From an uncultured Gammaproteobacteria bacterium (GTDB taxonomy: Bacteria; Patescibacteriota; Patescibacteriia; SG8-24): a stretch of 64,000 nt of DNA. Of the stretch, positions 1 to 9,096 are shown piece after piece. The position numbers and the translations under genes were made by a program. Position 1 is the stretch's first letter. Every line of letters starts with the position of its first letter. The stretch spans positions 263,538 to 327,537 of the forward strand of contig CAZBFO010000001.1 in the NCBI GenBank assembly GCA_964491475.1, given 5' to 3'. Under the pieces are notes generated by a model. The model worked only from the letters and a program-made list of their open reading frames with translations, searched no databases and was not told the DNA's origin.

Positions 1-292
1 TCTCGAAGTGATCAGTGCCCGAATGAGCGCCGGACATGTGCGTGAAAATCTGCTCGGCCGCCTTGGGCGTCTGCTCGTTGTTCTTGGGAATGTCGACGGC
101 CAGCACGGTGTACTGCAGGCTGGCACCGTACATCTCCTGACGCGACTGCACCCACAGCAGCCAGAATCCCTGCAACAGGACGAACAGGATGACGATCCAG
201 CCGCCGTCCAGAAAAAGCCTTGCGAGCATCAAGGGAAACGGAAGACTGCCGAGCTGCACGAAGTAGCTGTAGTCAATGGAGATTGTTGGCAT
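1..292 (-). CDS. Partial (runs off left edge) membrane-anchored conserved hypothetical protein
   Basis: Not in the ORF track. Manual translation from ATG at 292: MPTISIDYSYFVQLGSLPFPLMLARLFLDGGWIVILFVLLQGFWLLW...VLAVDIPKNNEQTPKAAEQIFTHMSG. TM segment then a motif resembling the N-domain of the ATPase at 36003-38525 (MLVTVPKE...MENVYASIGG). Confidence 0.7.
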   Translation of the reverse strand, partial: MPTISIDYSYFVQLGSLPFPLMLARLFLDGGWIVILFVLLQGFWLLWVQSRQEMYGASLQYTVLAVDIPKNNEQTPKAAEQIFTHMSGAHSGTDHFE

Positions 293-389
293 GCCTTAAC
301 AAAGCGAAAAAATCAGGTCCGTGTGCATAGCTTTACCACTCCTAGCATAGCAGAAATAAGGCAAAAAGTCGAGACCCTGAAGGGGCGGG

Positions 390-554
390 ATGCACTTTGG
401 TAGGGCGTCCTTCCCCGCCCGCCCCCGTGGGACACGCTTGCGGACGTGCTGCGGCGCGTCCTCGCTAGTCCTCGCGTAACGCGGGCTGCGGCCCGCGTTC
501 GCTGCGGATTGTCCCACGGGGGCGGGCGGGGAAGGACGCGTACCCAAAGTGCAT
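390..554. repeat. Long inverted-repeat element (MITE/REP-like)
   Basis: Perfect 30-bp inverted repeat 405-434 / 510-539, extendable with few mismatches to 390-434 / 510-554; two internal hairpins, both with TGCG loops; intergenic. Confidence 0.8.
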
Positions 555-620
555 GCGCGGGGCTTGGTGGCTCGATGTGTTGGCTGCGTAAAAAAATCCG
601 CGCTCCTTTGGAGCGGCGGA

Positions 621-1241
621 TTAAGAAGCCTTGGGTTTGAGGGCGACGTAGACGGAGGCGCCGGTGCCGAGTGCGGCGAAGAAGAGAGCCAGTGGCAGCG
701 GCGGCTGGGTGAGCAAGGATGCTGCCAGCGCGGCGAGGAAGAGGGTGATCAGGCCGAGGCGCAGCGGGAGCGCGCTGACTTTGCAGGCGACGGCGGACAG
801 CACGCCGAGCGCGGCGGCCAAGATGAAGGCGGCGGCGAGGACGGCGGAGAGCTTCTCGGCATCGCCGGCCATGGGATCGCCGTAGGCGGTGCGGACGAAA
901 GCGAGGGCCAGCAGCTGTGCGAGAGACAGTGCGGAAGCCAAAGCGCCGAAGGCGACCAGGGCGGCAAAGCCGACCAGCCACCGGCGCAAGGACGATGCCG
1001 ACGGGAGCGACATTGCCAGAACGGACATCGCTAGCGCGGTGCCCAGAAGCAGCATGCCGGCATACAGTCCCCTGCCGACGGTACCGGCGGCATGCAGGCC
1101 GATGGTGACGGCCAAGTTGGCAACGGCGACGATGCTGACGGACGAAAGGAACGCCAGGAGCGCGCGGTCGGGCACGGGCAGACGCTGGACGAACGTGGGT
1201 GAACCGGCGACGGGCTCGAACGGATCATTGAGGGACGCCAT
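621..1241 (-). CDS. Hypothetical multi-pass membrane protein
   Basis: 206-aa ORF with about 6 hydrophobic helices, GGAGG SD upstream, hairpin plus T-run terminator at ~591-622. Confidence 0.7.
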   Translation of the reverse strand: MASLNDPFEPVAGSPTFVQRLPVPDRALLAFLSSVSIVAVANLAVTIGLHAAGTVGRGLYAGMLLLGTALAMSVLAMSLPSASSLRRWLVGFAALVAFGALASALSLAQLLALAFVRTAYGDPMAGDAEKLSAVLAAAFILAAALGVLSAVACKVSALPLRLGLITLFLAALAASLLTQPPLPLALFFAALGTGASVYVALKPKAS

Positions 1242-1313
1242 CCGCGCCTCCTTCCCTGTTTCGTTGATGCCAAAAGGAACGATGCCCCCATCCTAGCAGG
1301 TCCGCCCGCAAAC

Positions 1314-1342
1314 AAAAACGCCCGGCGGCAAAGCCGGGCGTT
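1314..1342 (-). terminator. Rho-independent terminator after secF
   Basis: AACGCCCGGC/GCCGGGCGTT stem with a T-run on the minus strand. Confidence 0.7.
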
Positions 1343-1355
1343 CGATGCCGCGCTC

Positions 1356-2246
1356 CTAGCGCGACGATTTCTTCTGCATGGCCACCAGCATCGGGGAAGC
1401 CAGGAAGATGGACGAGTAGGTGCCTGCGGCCAAGCCGATGATCAGCGTGAAGGCGAAGGCGTGCAGCGAGGCGCCGCCGAGGAAGTAGATGGAGATCAGG
1501 GGGAGGGTGGCGGTCAGCGAGGTGTTGATGGAGCGCGAGATGGTCTCGTTGACGCTGCGCTCGACGATCTCCTCGAAGTTGCCGCCGCTCCGGAGCAAGT
1601 TCTCGCGAATGCGGTCGAACACCACGATGGTGTCGTGCACCGAGAAGCCCAGCACGGTCAGGATGGCCGCGACGAAAGCGGAATCGACTTCGGCGTGCGC
1701 GAAGCGGGCCAACAGCGCGAAGGCGGCCAGCGGCAGCAGCACGTCGTGGAGGATGCCGACGATCAGGGTGACCAAGCCGTACTTCCAGGAAGCCACGGGA
1801 CGCGACACCTTGCGGAAGGCGTAGGCGATGTACAAGGCGATGCCCAGCAGCACCAGGCCGATCGAATACAGCGCCTTGGCGCGCAGCTCGTTGCCGACGG
1901 TGGGACCGACCGACTCGAAACGGTGCTCGGTCACGTCGCCGAACTTTTCCTTGAACGCCGACAGCACCTTCTGATGCGTCGGTTCGTCCAGGGTGGTGAG
2001 GCGGACCAGCATCTGCTTGTCGCCTTCGGTCTGGGCGACAGAGTTGCCCAGCTGCAGCGAGGTGACGACGTCGCTGACTTGCACGGTGCTCGGCCGGTTG
2101 GCGAACTCAAGCTCCATGAGCGAGCCGCCGGTGAAGTCGATGCCGAACTTGGGCGGCATCAGGAGCAGGATTGCCAAACTGGCGACGATCAGCGCGCCCG
2201 AGACGGTGAACCAGACGCTGCGGTTCTTGATGATGGGAAGCTTCAT
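1356..2246 (-). CDS. secF: Protein translocase subunit SecF
   Basis: GIDFTGG, VGPTVG, GFSVHDTIVVFDRIRE, RSINTS, GTYSSIF motifs. Confidence 0.97.
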   Translation of the reverse strand: MKLPIIKNRSVWFTVSGALIVASLAILLLMPPKFGIDFTGGSLMELEFANRPSTVQVSDVVTSLQLGNSVAQTEGDKQMLVRLTTLDEPTHQKVLSAFKEKFGDVTEHRFESVGPTVGNELRAKALYSIGLVLLGIALYIAYAFRKVSRPVASWKYGLVTLIVGILHDVLLPLAAFALLARFAHAEVDSAFVAAILTVLGFSVHDTIVVFDRIRENLLRSGGNFEEIVERSVNETISRSINTSLTATLPLISIYFLGGASLHAFAFTLIIGLAAGTYSSIFLASPMLVAMQKKSSR

Positions 2247-2267
2247 AGGGATATCGGGAGGATCATG

Positions 2268-4403
2268 CTATTTGGCACCCTTGGACTCGTCCGTCTTGGG
2301 CGTGCCGTGCAGGCCCGGCATGTACAGCCAGGGGTTCTTGAGGAAGCCCCAGCCGGAAACCAGGCGGAGCAGCGTGCGGCTGACAGTGATAGCCGAGAAC
2401 ATCGACACCAAGACGCCGAGCGCCAGGTTCAGTGCGAAACCCTTGATGAGCGATGAGCTGGTGTAGAACAGGATGGCGCAGGAGATCAGCGTGGTGAAGT
2501 TGGAGTCGCGGATGGAGTTCCAGGCGCGCTTGAAGCCCTCGTCGATGGCCGAACCCAGGGTGCGGCCGCGCTTCAGCTCTTCCTTCATGCGCTCGAAAAT
2601 GAGCACGTTGGCGTCTACGGCCATACCCACCGACAAGATGAAACCGGCGATACCGGAGAGCGAAAGCGTCACCGGGACCAGCTTGTAGAGCGAAAGGTTC
2701 ATGGCCGCGTACAGGCACAACGCGAAGATGGCGATGAGGCCCGGCAGGCGGTAGTACATCAGCATGAACAGCGCCACTACCAGGAAGCCGATCAGGCCGG
2801 CGCGGAGCGACTTGTCGAGCGAGTCCTTGCCGAGCGAGGCGCCGACGGACTGCTGGCTCTCGAGGGTGATCGGCACCGGCAGCGCGCCGGCGTTCATGCG
2901 GCGGACCAAATCCTTGGCCTCGGCGATGGTGAAGTTGCCGGAAATCACTGCGGATCCGCCGGTGATGGCCTCGTTCACGTTGGGCGTGCTGATGGGCTTG
3001 CCGTCGAGGAAGATGCCGACCGGCTTGCCGACGTTGCGAGTGGTGATTTCACCGAACAGCTTCTTGCCTTCGTCGTTGAACTCCAGCGAAACTTGCGGCT
3101 CGTTGGTGGTCGAGTTGAAGGTCAGCGTGGCCTTCTTGAGGTTCTTGCCGGAGAGTTGGGTGTTCTTCCACGGATCGGCCGGGGGGAGATAGTCGGCGGC
3201 GGACTTGGTCCTGAAAACGATGTCGCGCAGGTGGTACTCGGTGCTGGCACCCTTCTTTTCAGCCACCTTCATGATGACGTGATAGCCGAAGTCGGATTCG
3301 ACCACATCGGAGATTTCGCCGTCTTTGAGCGCATAAGCCGCGTCCGCAAACGGCTTGACCATGGCCGAGCGTTCGAAGAAGCCGAGGTCACCGCCCTTGG
3401 CGGCGCTGCCGGAATCATCCGAGTTCTTCTTGGCGAGATCGGCAAAGTTGTCCTTGGTGGCCTGCTTCTTGAGGTCCTTGGCAAGATTCAGCGCGTCCTC
3501 CTTGGTACGCTCGTTGGTGCAGCGCGGCGCGCCCTTGTAGCAGATGAGGATATGACTGGCCTGCACTTCCTTGTCGGACTTTTCCTCGAGCTTGATGACG
3601 TTGTAGCCGTCATCGGTCTTGATCGGCTCCCAATAGACGGACCCGGTCTTCATTTTTGCAGCGGCATCGGTGACAGCCTTGTACGGACCGGCTCCGGCGG
3701 GAATCCAACCGATGTCTCCGCCGCGACCCTTGTCCGGACCTTCGCCGGCAAGGGAGTTCGCAAGCGCGGAAAACTCATTGCCCGGCTTCTGTGCGGCGAC
3801 CAATCCGGCCTTGGCGTCAGCCAGCGCCTTGGCGTTGGCGGCGTCCATGTCCTTCTTTTCGTCCGCAGTCAGGTCGCGAGCCGGAGCGGTATTCCCCGTC
3901 TCCTTGAACTCCAAAATCGGGGTTTCGCCGATCAGCTTGATGGCCTGGGTGATGTCCTTCACGCCGGCCAAGTCCACGATCAGGCGCCAGGCAGCACCGG
4001 ACTTATTGACCTGCACCAGCGGCTCGGACACGCCAAAAGCGTTGACACGGCGCTCGATGACGTCGCGGACGCCGGCCATGGCTTCGGTACGGTCAGAATC
4101 GGGGATGTCCTTCATGTCGGCGACGTACACCAGGTGGGTGCCGCCCTGAAGGTCGAGACCCAGGCGATAAGGCACGTCCCAAAAGTGCGGAACACGCACC
4201 TTTTCGGGCACCTTGGCAGCCGAAAGCTGACCGTTGGCCCAATCAGCGCCGGCGTTCCAATACGCAGGATGGCTCAAGTTGCCGGCGACAGTAAGCAGCA
4301 CGAGCACGAAAAACGTCGCTTGGCGGACCTTGCCGCGAGGCGTTTTAGGAATGAACAGTGAGCCGATGAACGAGCCGACCTTAGCAACGATGGATTTGGC
4401 CAT
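2268..4403 (-). CDS. secD: Protein translocase subunit SecD with inserted parvulin-type PPIase domains
   Basis: LGLDLQGG, IERRVNAFGVSEP, GALPVP, GMAVDANVLIFER; internal ASHIL...GGDLGFF...MVKPF...FGYHVI parvulin signature. Confidence 0.96.
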   Translation of the reverse strand: MAKSIVAKVGSFIGSLFIPKTPRGKVRQATFFVLVLLTVAGNLSHPAYWNAGADWANGQLSAAKVPEKVRVPHFWDVPYRLGLDLQGGTHLVYVADMKDIPDSDRTEAMAGVRDVIERRVNAFGVSEPLVQVNKSGAAWRLIVDLAGVKDITQAIKLIGETPILEFKETGNTAPARDLTADEKKDMDAANAKALADAKAGLVAAQKPGNEFSALANSLAGEGPDKGRGGDIGWIPAGAGPYKAVTDAAAKMKTGSVYWEPIKTDDGYNVIKLEEKSDKEVQASHILICYKGAPRCTNERTKEDALNLAKDLKKQATKDNFADLAKKNSDDSGSAAKGGDLGFFERSAMVKPFADAAYALKDGEISDVVESDFGYHVIMKVAEKKGASTEYHLRDIVFRTKSAADYLPPADPWKNTQLSGKNLKKATLTFNSTTNEPQVSLEFNDEGKKLFGEITTRNVGKPVGIFLDGKPISTPNVNEAITGGSAVISGNFTIAEAKDLVRRMNAGALPVPITLESQQSVGASLGKDSLDKSLRAGLIGFLVVALFMLMYYRLPGLIAIFALCLYAAMNLSLYKLVPVTLSLSGIAGFILSVGMAVDANVLIFERMKEELKRGRTLGSAIDEGFKRAWNSIRDSNFTTLISCAILFYTSSSLIKGFALNLALGVLVSMFSAITVSRTLLRLVSGWGFLKNPWLYMPGLHGTPKTDESKGAK

Positions 4404-4536
4404 AGACGACGGTAATCGGAACAAAAAAGAAAACGCTGCAAAGCGCGAAACTATTCACAGATGCGACTTATGCTAATCGACCGCCCCTGTTTTTGCAATG
4501 GGAACGAAAAAGCCCCGCTTATGCGGGGCGTTTGGG

Positions 4537-5055
4537 TCAGGAGCGCTTGGCGAGCCGCTTCCTCTCGATGAACATAAGGACGGTGTCGGAGGGCACCGTC
4601 GTGGCCGCCTCTCCGGGAACGGCGCGGAGCCACCGCTCACCCCCGGAATTTCCGAGAGCGAAGTTGACCATGCCGATGTCATCGCAGAAGCTGCGATGCA
4701 CCACCGTGACCACCTCGCCGTCGGGCTGGTTCTCGTACGCCAGTCGGACGGTCGGCCCGACGTCGCTGGGGCACGGAAGCAAGCCGCGCTCCTTGGCTGC
4801 CGCCATGATCCGATGCAGCGGCTGGTCGCCGTCGAAGCCCAGCAGGTAGGGAGAGACCATCGCCAGGGTAGGCATGGCCAGCAGCCCGTGCGGCGCGACG
4901 AAGCGCAGGGCGTTGTGCCGCGTGCGCGGGCACAGCGCGATGCGGGCGTTGCCGAACGAACGCAACCAGTCGTCGTACGCGCGCGGCCTGCCGAGCAGGA
5001 CGGAAATCTGCTTGAGGGCCGATGATTCCGGCGGTGCGAAACTCGCTCGTGCCAT
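4537..5055 (-). CDS. Hypothetical protein
   Basis: 172-aa ORF with AAAGGAG SD, TTGACC/TAACGT promoter-like boxes upstream and a terminator at 4507-4533. Confidence 0.65.
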   Translation of the reverse strand: MARASFAPPESSALKQISVLLGRPRAYDDWLRSFGNARIALCPRTRHNALRFVAPHGLLAMPTLAMVSPYLLGFDGDQPLHRIMAAAKERGLLPCPSDVGPTVRLAYENQPDGEVVTVVHRSFCDDIGMVNFALGNSGGERWLRAVPGEAATTVPSDTVLMFIERKRLAKRS

Positions 5056-5179
5056 GGTGAGGCTCCTTTTCCTTTTGCGGTGTCGAAGTCGCGCCGAAGC
5101 GCGAAGCCAGCGAAAGAACCCGGGACGTTAGCAGAAAAAGCCCTCGCGGTCAAGACTTGCGCCCGCGCGACGAAAGCGT

Positions 5180-6214
5180 TCAGGACATCGTCACGCCAGT
5201 CTTCTTAAGGTGCTTGTTGGCCAGCTGCCCGCAGGCGGCATCGATGTCCTCGCCAAAGGTGATGCGGTGCGTCACTGACACGCCCGCCTTCTTCATGTAG
5301 TCGAGAATTTCGGTGCGGCGGTCGCGCGGCGACGACACGAATGCGCCGGTGGTGTGGTACTTGATGAGGTTGAGGTGATAGAGCGGCTTCTTGAGCAGCA
5401 CGGCCAGCTCGGCGATGACCTCCGGAGTGTCGTTGAGGCCGTCGATGAGCAGGTACTCGAACATCACCTTGCGGCCGGTCTTGGCAATGTAGGCATCGAT
5501 GGCCGGCATCAGCCTGCCGAGCGGGTAGGCGCGGTTGACGGGCATCAGCTTGGTGCGCAACTCGTCGTTGGGCGCGTGGAGAGACACGGCGAGATTCACC
5601 TGCAAGGGCTCGTCGGCCATCCGGTTGATGCCGGCGACGATGCCGCAAGTGGAGATCGAAATGTGGCGCGCTCCGAGCGCCAGGCCCTTCTGGTCGTTGA
5701 GGATGCGGATGGCGGCCATGACGTTGTCGTAGTTGTGCATCGGCTCGCCCATGCCCATCAGCACCATGTTGGTGGCGCGCTCCCCTTTCTCGGCAAGCTG
5801 GCGGCTGAAGTGCAGCACCTGACCGACGATTTCGCTCGTGGTCAAGTTGCGCTTGAGGCCCATGGTGCCGGTGGCGCAGAAGGTGCAGGCCATCGGGCAG
5901 CCGGCCTGCGAGGAGACGCAGACGGTATTGCGGCCCTTGGAATGGCGCATCAGCACGGTCTCGATGAGGTTGCCGTCGGCCAGCTTGAGAGCCGCCTTGC
6001 GGGTGTCGCCGCGTTCGGCCTCGGACTCGCGGACCACTTCCATCTCGATGATCGGCAGCGCGGCGTTCAGCTTTTCGCGCAGAGCCGGCGGCAGCGCAGT
6101 CGCCTCGCTCCAATCGGAAATCAGCTGCCTGCAGACAGCGTCCTTGGCCTGTGCGAAACGGTAGGATTTCTCCCCCATGCCTTCGAGCGCGGTTTTGAGC
6201 TTGGCTACATCCAT
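5180..6214 (-). CDS. rlmN: 23S rRNA m2A2503 methyltransferase RlmN (radical SAM)
   Basis: CVSSQAGCPMACTFCATG, MGMGEP, DIDAACGQL motifs. Confidence 0.95.
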   Translation of the reverse strand: MDVAKLKTALEGMGEKSYRFAQAKDAVCRQLISDWSEATALPPALREKLNAALPIIEMEVVRESEAERGDTRKAALKLADGNLIETVLMRHSKGRNTVCVSSQAGCPMACTFCATGTMGLKRNLTTSEIVGQVLHFSRQLAEKGERATNMVLMGMGEPMHNYDNVMAAIRILNDQKGLALGARHISISTCGIVAGINRMADEPLQVNLAVSLHAPNDELRTKLMPVNRAYPLGRLMPAIDAYIAKTGRKVMFEYLLIDGLNDTPEVIAELAVLLKKPLYHLNLIKYHTTGAFVSSPRDRRTEILDYMKKAGVSVTHRITFGEDIDAACGQLANKHLKKTGVTMS

Positions 6215-6317
6215 ATGACGTGGGACTATAGCGGAAAACGGGCGCTTTGGCAAGGGAGAAGCCCACACCCTCGCGGCTTGGCCGCAAACCTGTTAAAATG
6301 AAGCCGACATCATCTTT

Positions 6318-6509
6318 ATGGCCAAAGCCGCAAAAAAACTTCCGCCGGAATTCCAGACCAAGGCGCTGCGCATCGACGCGGCGCTGAACTCGTACATCGA
6401 AGAACTGCGCTTGTTGCAGAAGCAGCGCCGTGCGGTCACGCAAGGCTTCCTGAACCGGGTCGAGTCGGTCAAGATCGAAGAGGCCAAGAAGTGGCTGCAG
6501 TCGCTGTAG
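6318..6509 (+). CDS. Small helical hypothetical protein
   Basis: 63-aa coiled-coil-like ORF with normal codon usage, ending 9 nt before the next gene. Confidence 0.6.
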   Translation: MAKAAKKLPPEFQTKALRIDAALNSYIEELRLLQKQRRAVTQGFLNRVESVKIEEAKKWLQSL

Positions 6510-6518
6510 CGTAGCGCT

Positions 6519-8324
6519 ATGCCCCCGAGACCAGCCGAGCTCCCTCGCGGAGAACAAATCGAACGCAACGAGGTTCCGCCCGAGTCAACCGAGCGGGGCA
6601 GGGAGACTTTGGAATTGATGAGCAATCAGGAGGCGCTGGAGGAACTGACTGAAAGGGCAAAAGAGGCGGAGACGCGCGGCAAGGAAGAACGCAAGGAATT
6701 GGACCTGTCGAAAAAAACGATGGAGTCGGTCGCGCAGCGATACGGCGTGGAACTTGATGCCGAGGCGGCCAACGATAATGCCAAGATCGACGCCGAAGCC
6801 GACGCCTCCACCAAGCGCTTCAAAGAGGCGCTCAAAGAAGCGCAGAAACCGGATGCCAAACCGCAGACCGCACAGGACGCCGAGCTAGCGCAGATCGACG
6901 CGGGCTGGGACAAGATTGCCACCGATCATGAGGAGAAGGCGCAGCAGACGGCAGAGCTCGCCAAAATCGACGCGGGCTGGGACGACATCGCCGCCGAAGC
7001 GCCAAAGGAGACCGCACCCGCCGCGACCGCACAAGTCGAGAGCGGCATCGAACTGACTTCCCTTCAGGACCAGATGGCCGAAGTGCAGAAGACTGCCGAC
7101 AAGGAGGCGACGATCGAGGGGTCGCTGATGTCGATGCAGGAACAGATGCAATACGTGCAGCGCGTGGCCGACGCCGCGCCGCGCCCCCTGGAGAAGCCTC
7201 GTGCAGAAAAGCCGCCGGTACCCAAAAAGGCGCCGGAAGCCATACCCGAAGTGGCAGACGAAGACATTTTGGAAGTCACTCCCGCGCAATCCGCGCCCGA
7301 AGCGAAACCAGATACTGCCGCAGTCGAGGCCGCTCGACTGGCGGAGTTACAGGCCATGGAGCAGAAACTCGTCGCCGATTACGACAAGCTCGCGGCGCAA
7401 GTCGCCACCGAGGCGCAGTTCATGACGCCGGATGACGCCAAGGCGTACAAGAAGGCGCTCAAATCCGGCGACATGAGCGCACTGCCGAAGGCCACGCAGA
7501 CGGAAACGGCAATGAACGACACCTTCAAGAGGCTGAACGCCCTGCGTGCCGAGAAGAACGCCCTGCTCTCGGGACAAAAAGCTGCCGAAAAACCAGCTGC
7601 CGCACAGGCGAAGCCCGCCGCCGAGCAGCCGAGGGCCGAAGCGAAACAGGCTGCACCGGCGTCAGAAGCCGCCCCCGCGTTCGAAATGCCAAGCGTGGAA
7701 GCCATCGTCAAAGACGGCGAATTGCTGACGGTCGAATCCGACATGGCGGCCATGGAGGGCGAATTGGACAAGTTGCCGCCCGGACCGGCCTCATCGGCCG
7801 CGCGCGAGAGCCGGCAGAAGGACATCGAGCGCATGCGCGCGGCCGTCGAGCGCATGAGCGCCCCGGAAGGCCTGCGGAAAGAGATCGCCAAACTCCAGAT
7901 GAAAATCGACGACCGCATGAACAGGATGGTCGGCGTTTCCGAAAGCGAGGAGAAAGCCCACCTGCAGGCCATCGAAGCGCTGGTCACCCAGGTTCGGGAA
8001 CTGCAACGGCGCCAGCGCGAATCGGGCGCAGAGCAGTCCTCGCCGGACGGCCGCCAGGCGGCCTCCGCCGGTTTCGAGAATCCGGAGGCCGATGAAGAGC
8101 TGACGGCGACGATGCTGGAAGACGATCCGCGATACAACGAACTGTACGACAAGAAAGCCGCGCAGCTCAAGGCGAAGGGCGTGGAGAAAAAGCAGATCGA
8201 CCTGGAGGCGGCCGAATGGGCCCAGACGATGTTCAAGAAAAAATTCCCCGAAGACGCGGGGGTGTACGAGGAAAGGCGAAAACGCAAAGACGAAATGCTC
8301 GGCGCCGACAAACCAGAGGCATAG
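6519..8324 (+). CDS. Large acidic Ala/Glu/Lys-rich coiled-coil hypothetical protein
   Basis: 601-aa ORF, low complexity, duplicated AELAxIDAGWD motif, no signal peptide. Confidence 0.8.
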   Translation: MPPRPAELPRGEQIERNEVPPESTERGRETLELMSNQEALEELTERAKEAETRGKEERKELDLSKKTMESVAQRYGVELDAEAANDNAKIDAEADASTKRFKEALKEAQKPDAKPQTAQDAELAQIDAGWDKIATDHEEKAQQTAELAKIDAGWDDIAAEAPKETAPAATAQVESGIELTSLQDQMAEVQKTADKEATIEGSLMSMQEQMQYVQRVADAAPRPLEKPRAEKPPVPKKAPEAIPEVADEDILEVTPAQSAPEAKPDTAAVEAARLAELQAMEQKLVADYDKLAAQVATEAQFMTPDDAKAYKKALKSGDMSALPKATQTETAMNDTFKRLNALRAEKNALLSGQKAAEKPAAAQAKPAAEQPRAEAKQAAPASEAAPAFEMPSVEAIVKDGELLTVESDMAAMEGELDKLPPGPASSAARESRQKDIERMRAAVERMSAPEGLRKEIAKLQMKIDDRMNRMVGVSESEEKAHLQAIEALVTQVRELQRRQRESGAEQSSPDGRQAASAGFENPEADEELTATMLEDDPRYNELYDKKAAQLKAKGVEKKQIDLEAAEWAQTMFKKKFPEDAGVYEERRKRKDEMLGADKPEA

Positions 8325-8400
8325 CGGGCGAGCCGCCGTTGACTGCCCGCGCCGTCCGACGTACCCTTGCTCCGCACCATAACGGCAGGAGTCCTTTGTC

Positions 8401-8988
8401 ATGGGCAAACGCATTTTTGCCTTCGTCGGTCCCAGCGGCTGCGGCAAGACCTCCATCATGGAGGCGCTGCTCAAGAAGCACGGACGGCGCGTCGGTTTCG
8501 TGAAGACGGTCACGACCCGCGCGCCGCGCGCCCCGGAAGAAAACGCCCTGTACACCTTCGTGACGACCGAGGCGTTCATGGAGCTGCTGGCGAAAAACCG
8601 CCTGCTGCAGCACGGCGAAGTCTATTACGCCGGCCATTGGTACGACAACGACCGGGCCGACGTCGACGCGGTATTCGAAGCCGGCAAGGTCGGCATCTGC
8701 GCATTGGTCGAGAAGAGCATCGCCACCTTCCGCGACGCCGGCTACCGGGTGGTGATGATCCGCGTCCGTCCGAAGGGCGGCCACGACGGCCGGTCCGAAG
8801 AGCGACGCCGTCTTGACGAGGAACGCGAGCGCGACGGCCCCAAGCCGGACCACGTCATCGTCAACGACTTCGCGCATCCCAAGGGCCTGCGCCGCGCCGT
8901 TGCCGCGGCCGAACGGATCATCCGACGGCACGCCGAGGGCACGCCGGACAAGCGCTGCCGCGGCAAGAAACGCGACAAACGCAGGTAA
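8401..8988 (+). CDS. gmk: Guanylate kinase-like protein
   Basis: GPSGCGKT P-loop, TTRAPRAPEE, YTFVT, HVIVND; AGGAG SD; divergent from canonical Gmk. Confidence 0.8.
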   Translation: MGKRIFAFVGPSGCGKTSIMEALLKKHGRRVGFVKTVTTRAPRAPEENALYTFVTTEAFMELLAKNRLLQHGEVYYAGHWYDNDRADVDAVFEAGKVGICALVEKSIATFRDAGYRVVMIRVRPKGGHDGRSEERRRLDEERERDGPKPDHVIVNDFAHPKGLRRAVAAAERIIRRHAEGTPDKRCRGKKRDKRR

Positions 8989-8995
8989 CGTGAAC

Positions 8996-9087
8996 GCTCC
9001 GGTTTTGCCGGAGCTTTTTTATCGTCGTCCCGTCGGTCACGACCACGACAAAGCACCGCAAGAAAAAACCGCCCGAAGTCGGGCGGC
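8996..9087. terminator. Two opposed intrinsic terminators between convergent gmk and purA-like genes
   Basis: GCTCCGG-TTTTG-CCGGAGC-T6 (8996-9020, +) and A-run-CCGCCCGA...TCGGGCGG (9063-9087, -). Confidence 0.7.
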
Positions 9088-9096
9088 ATGCGGATA

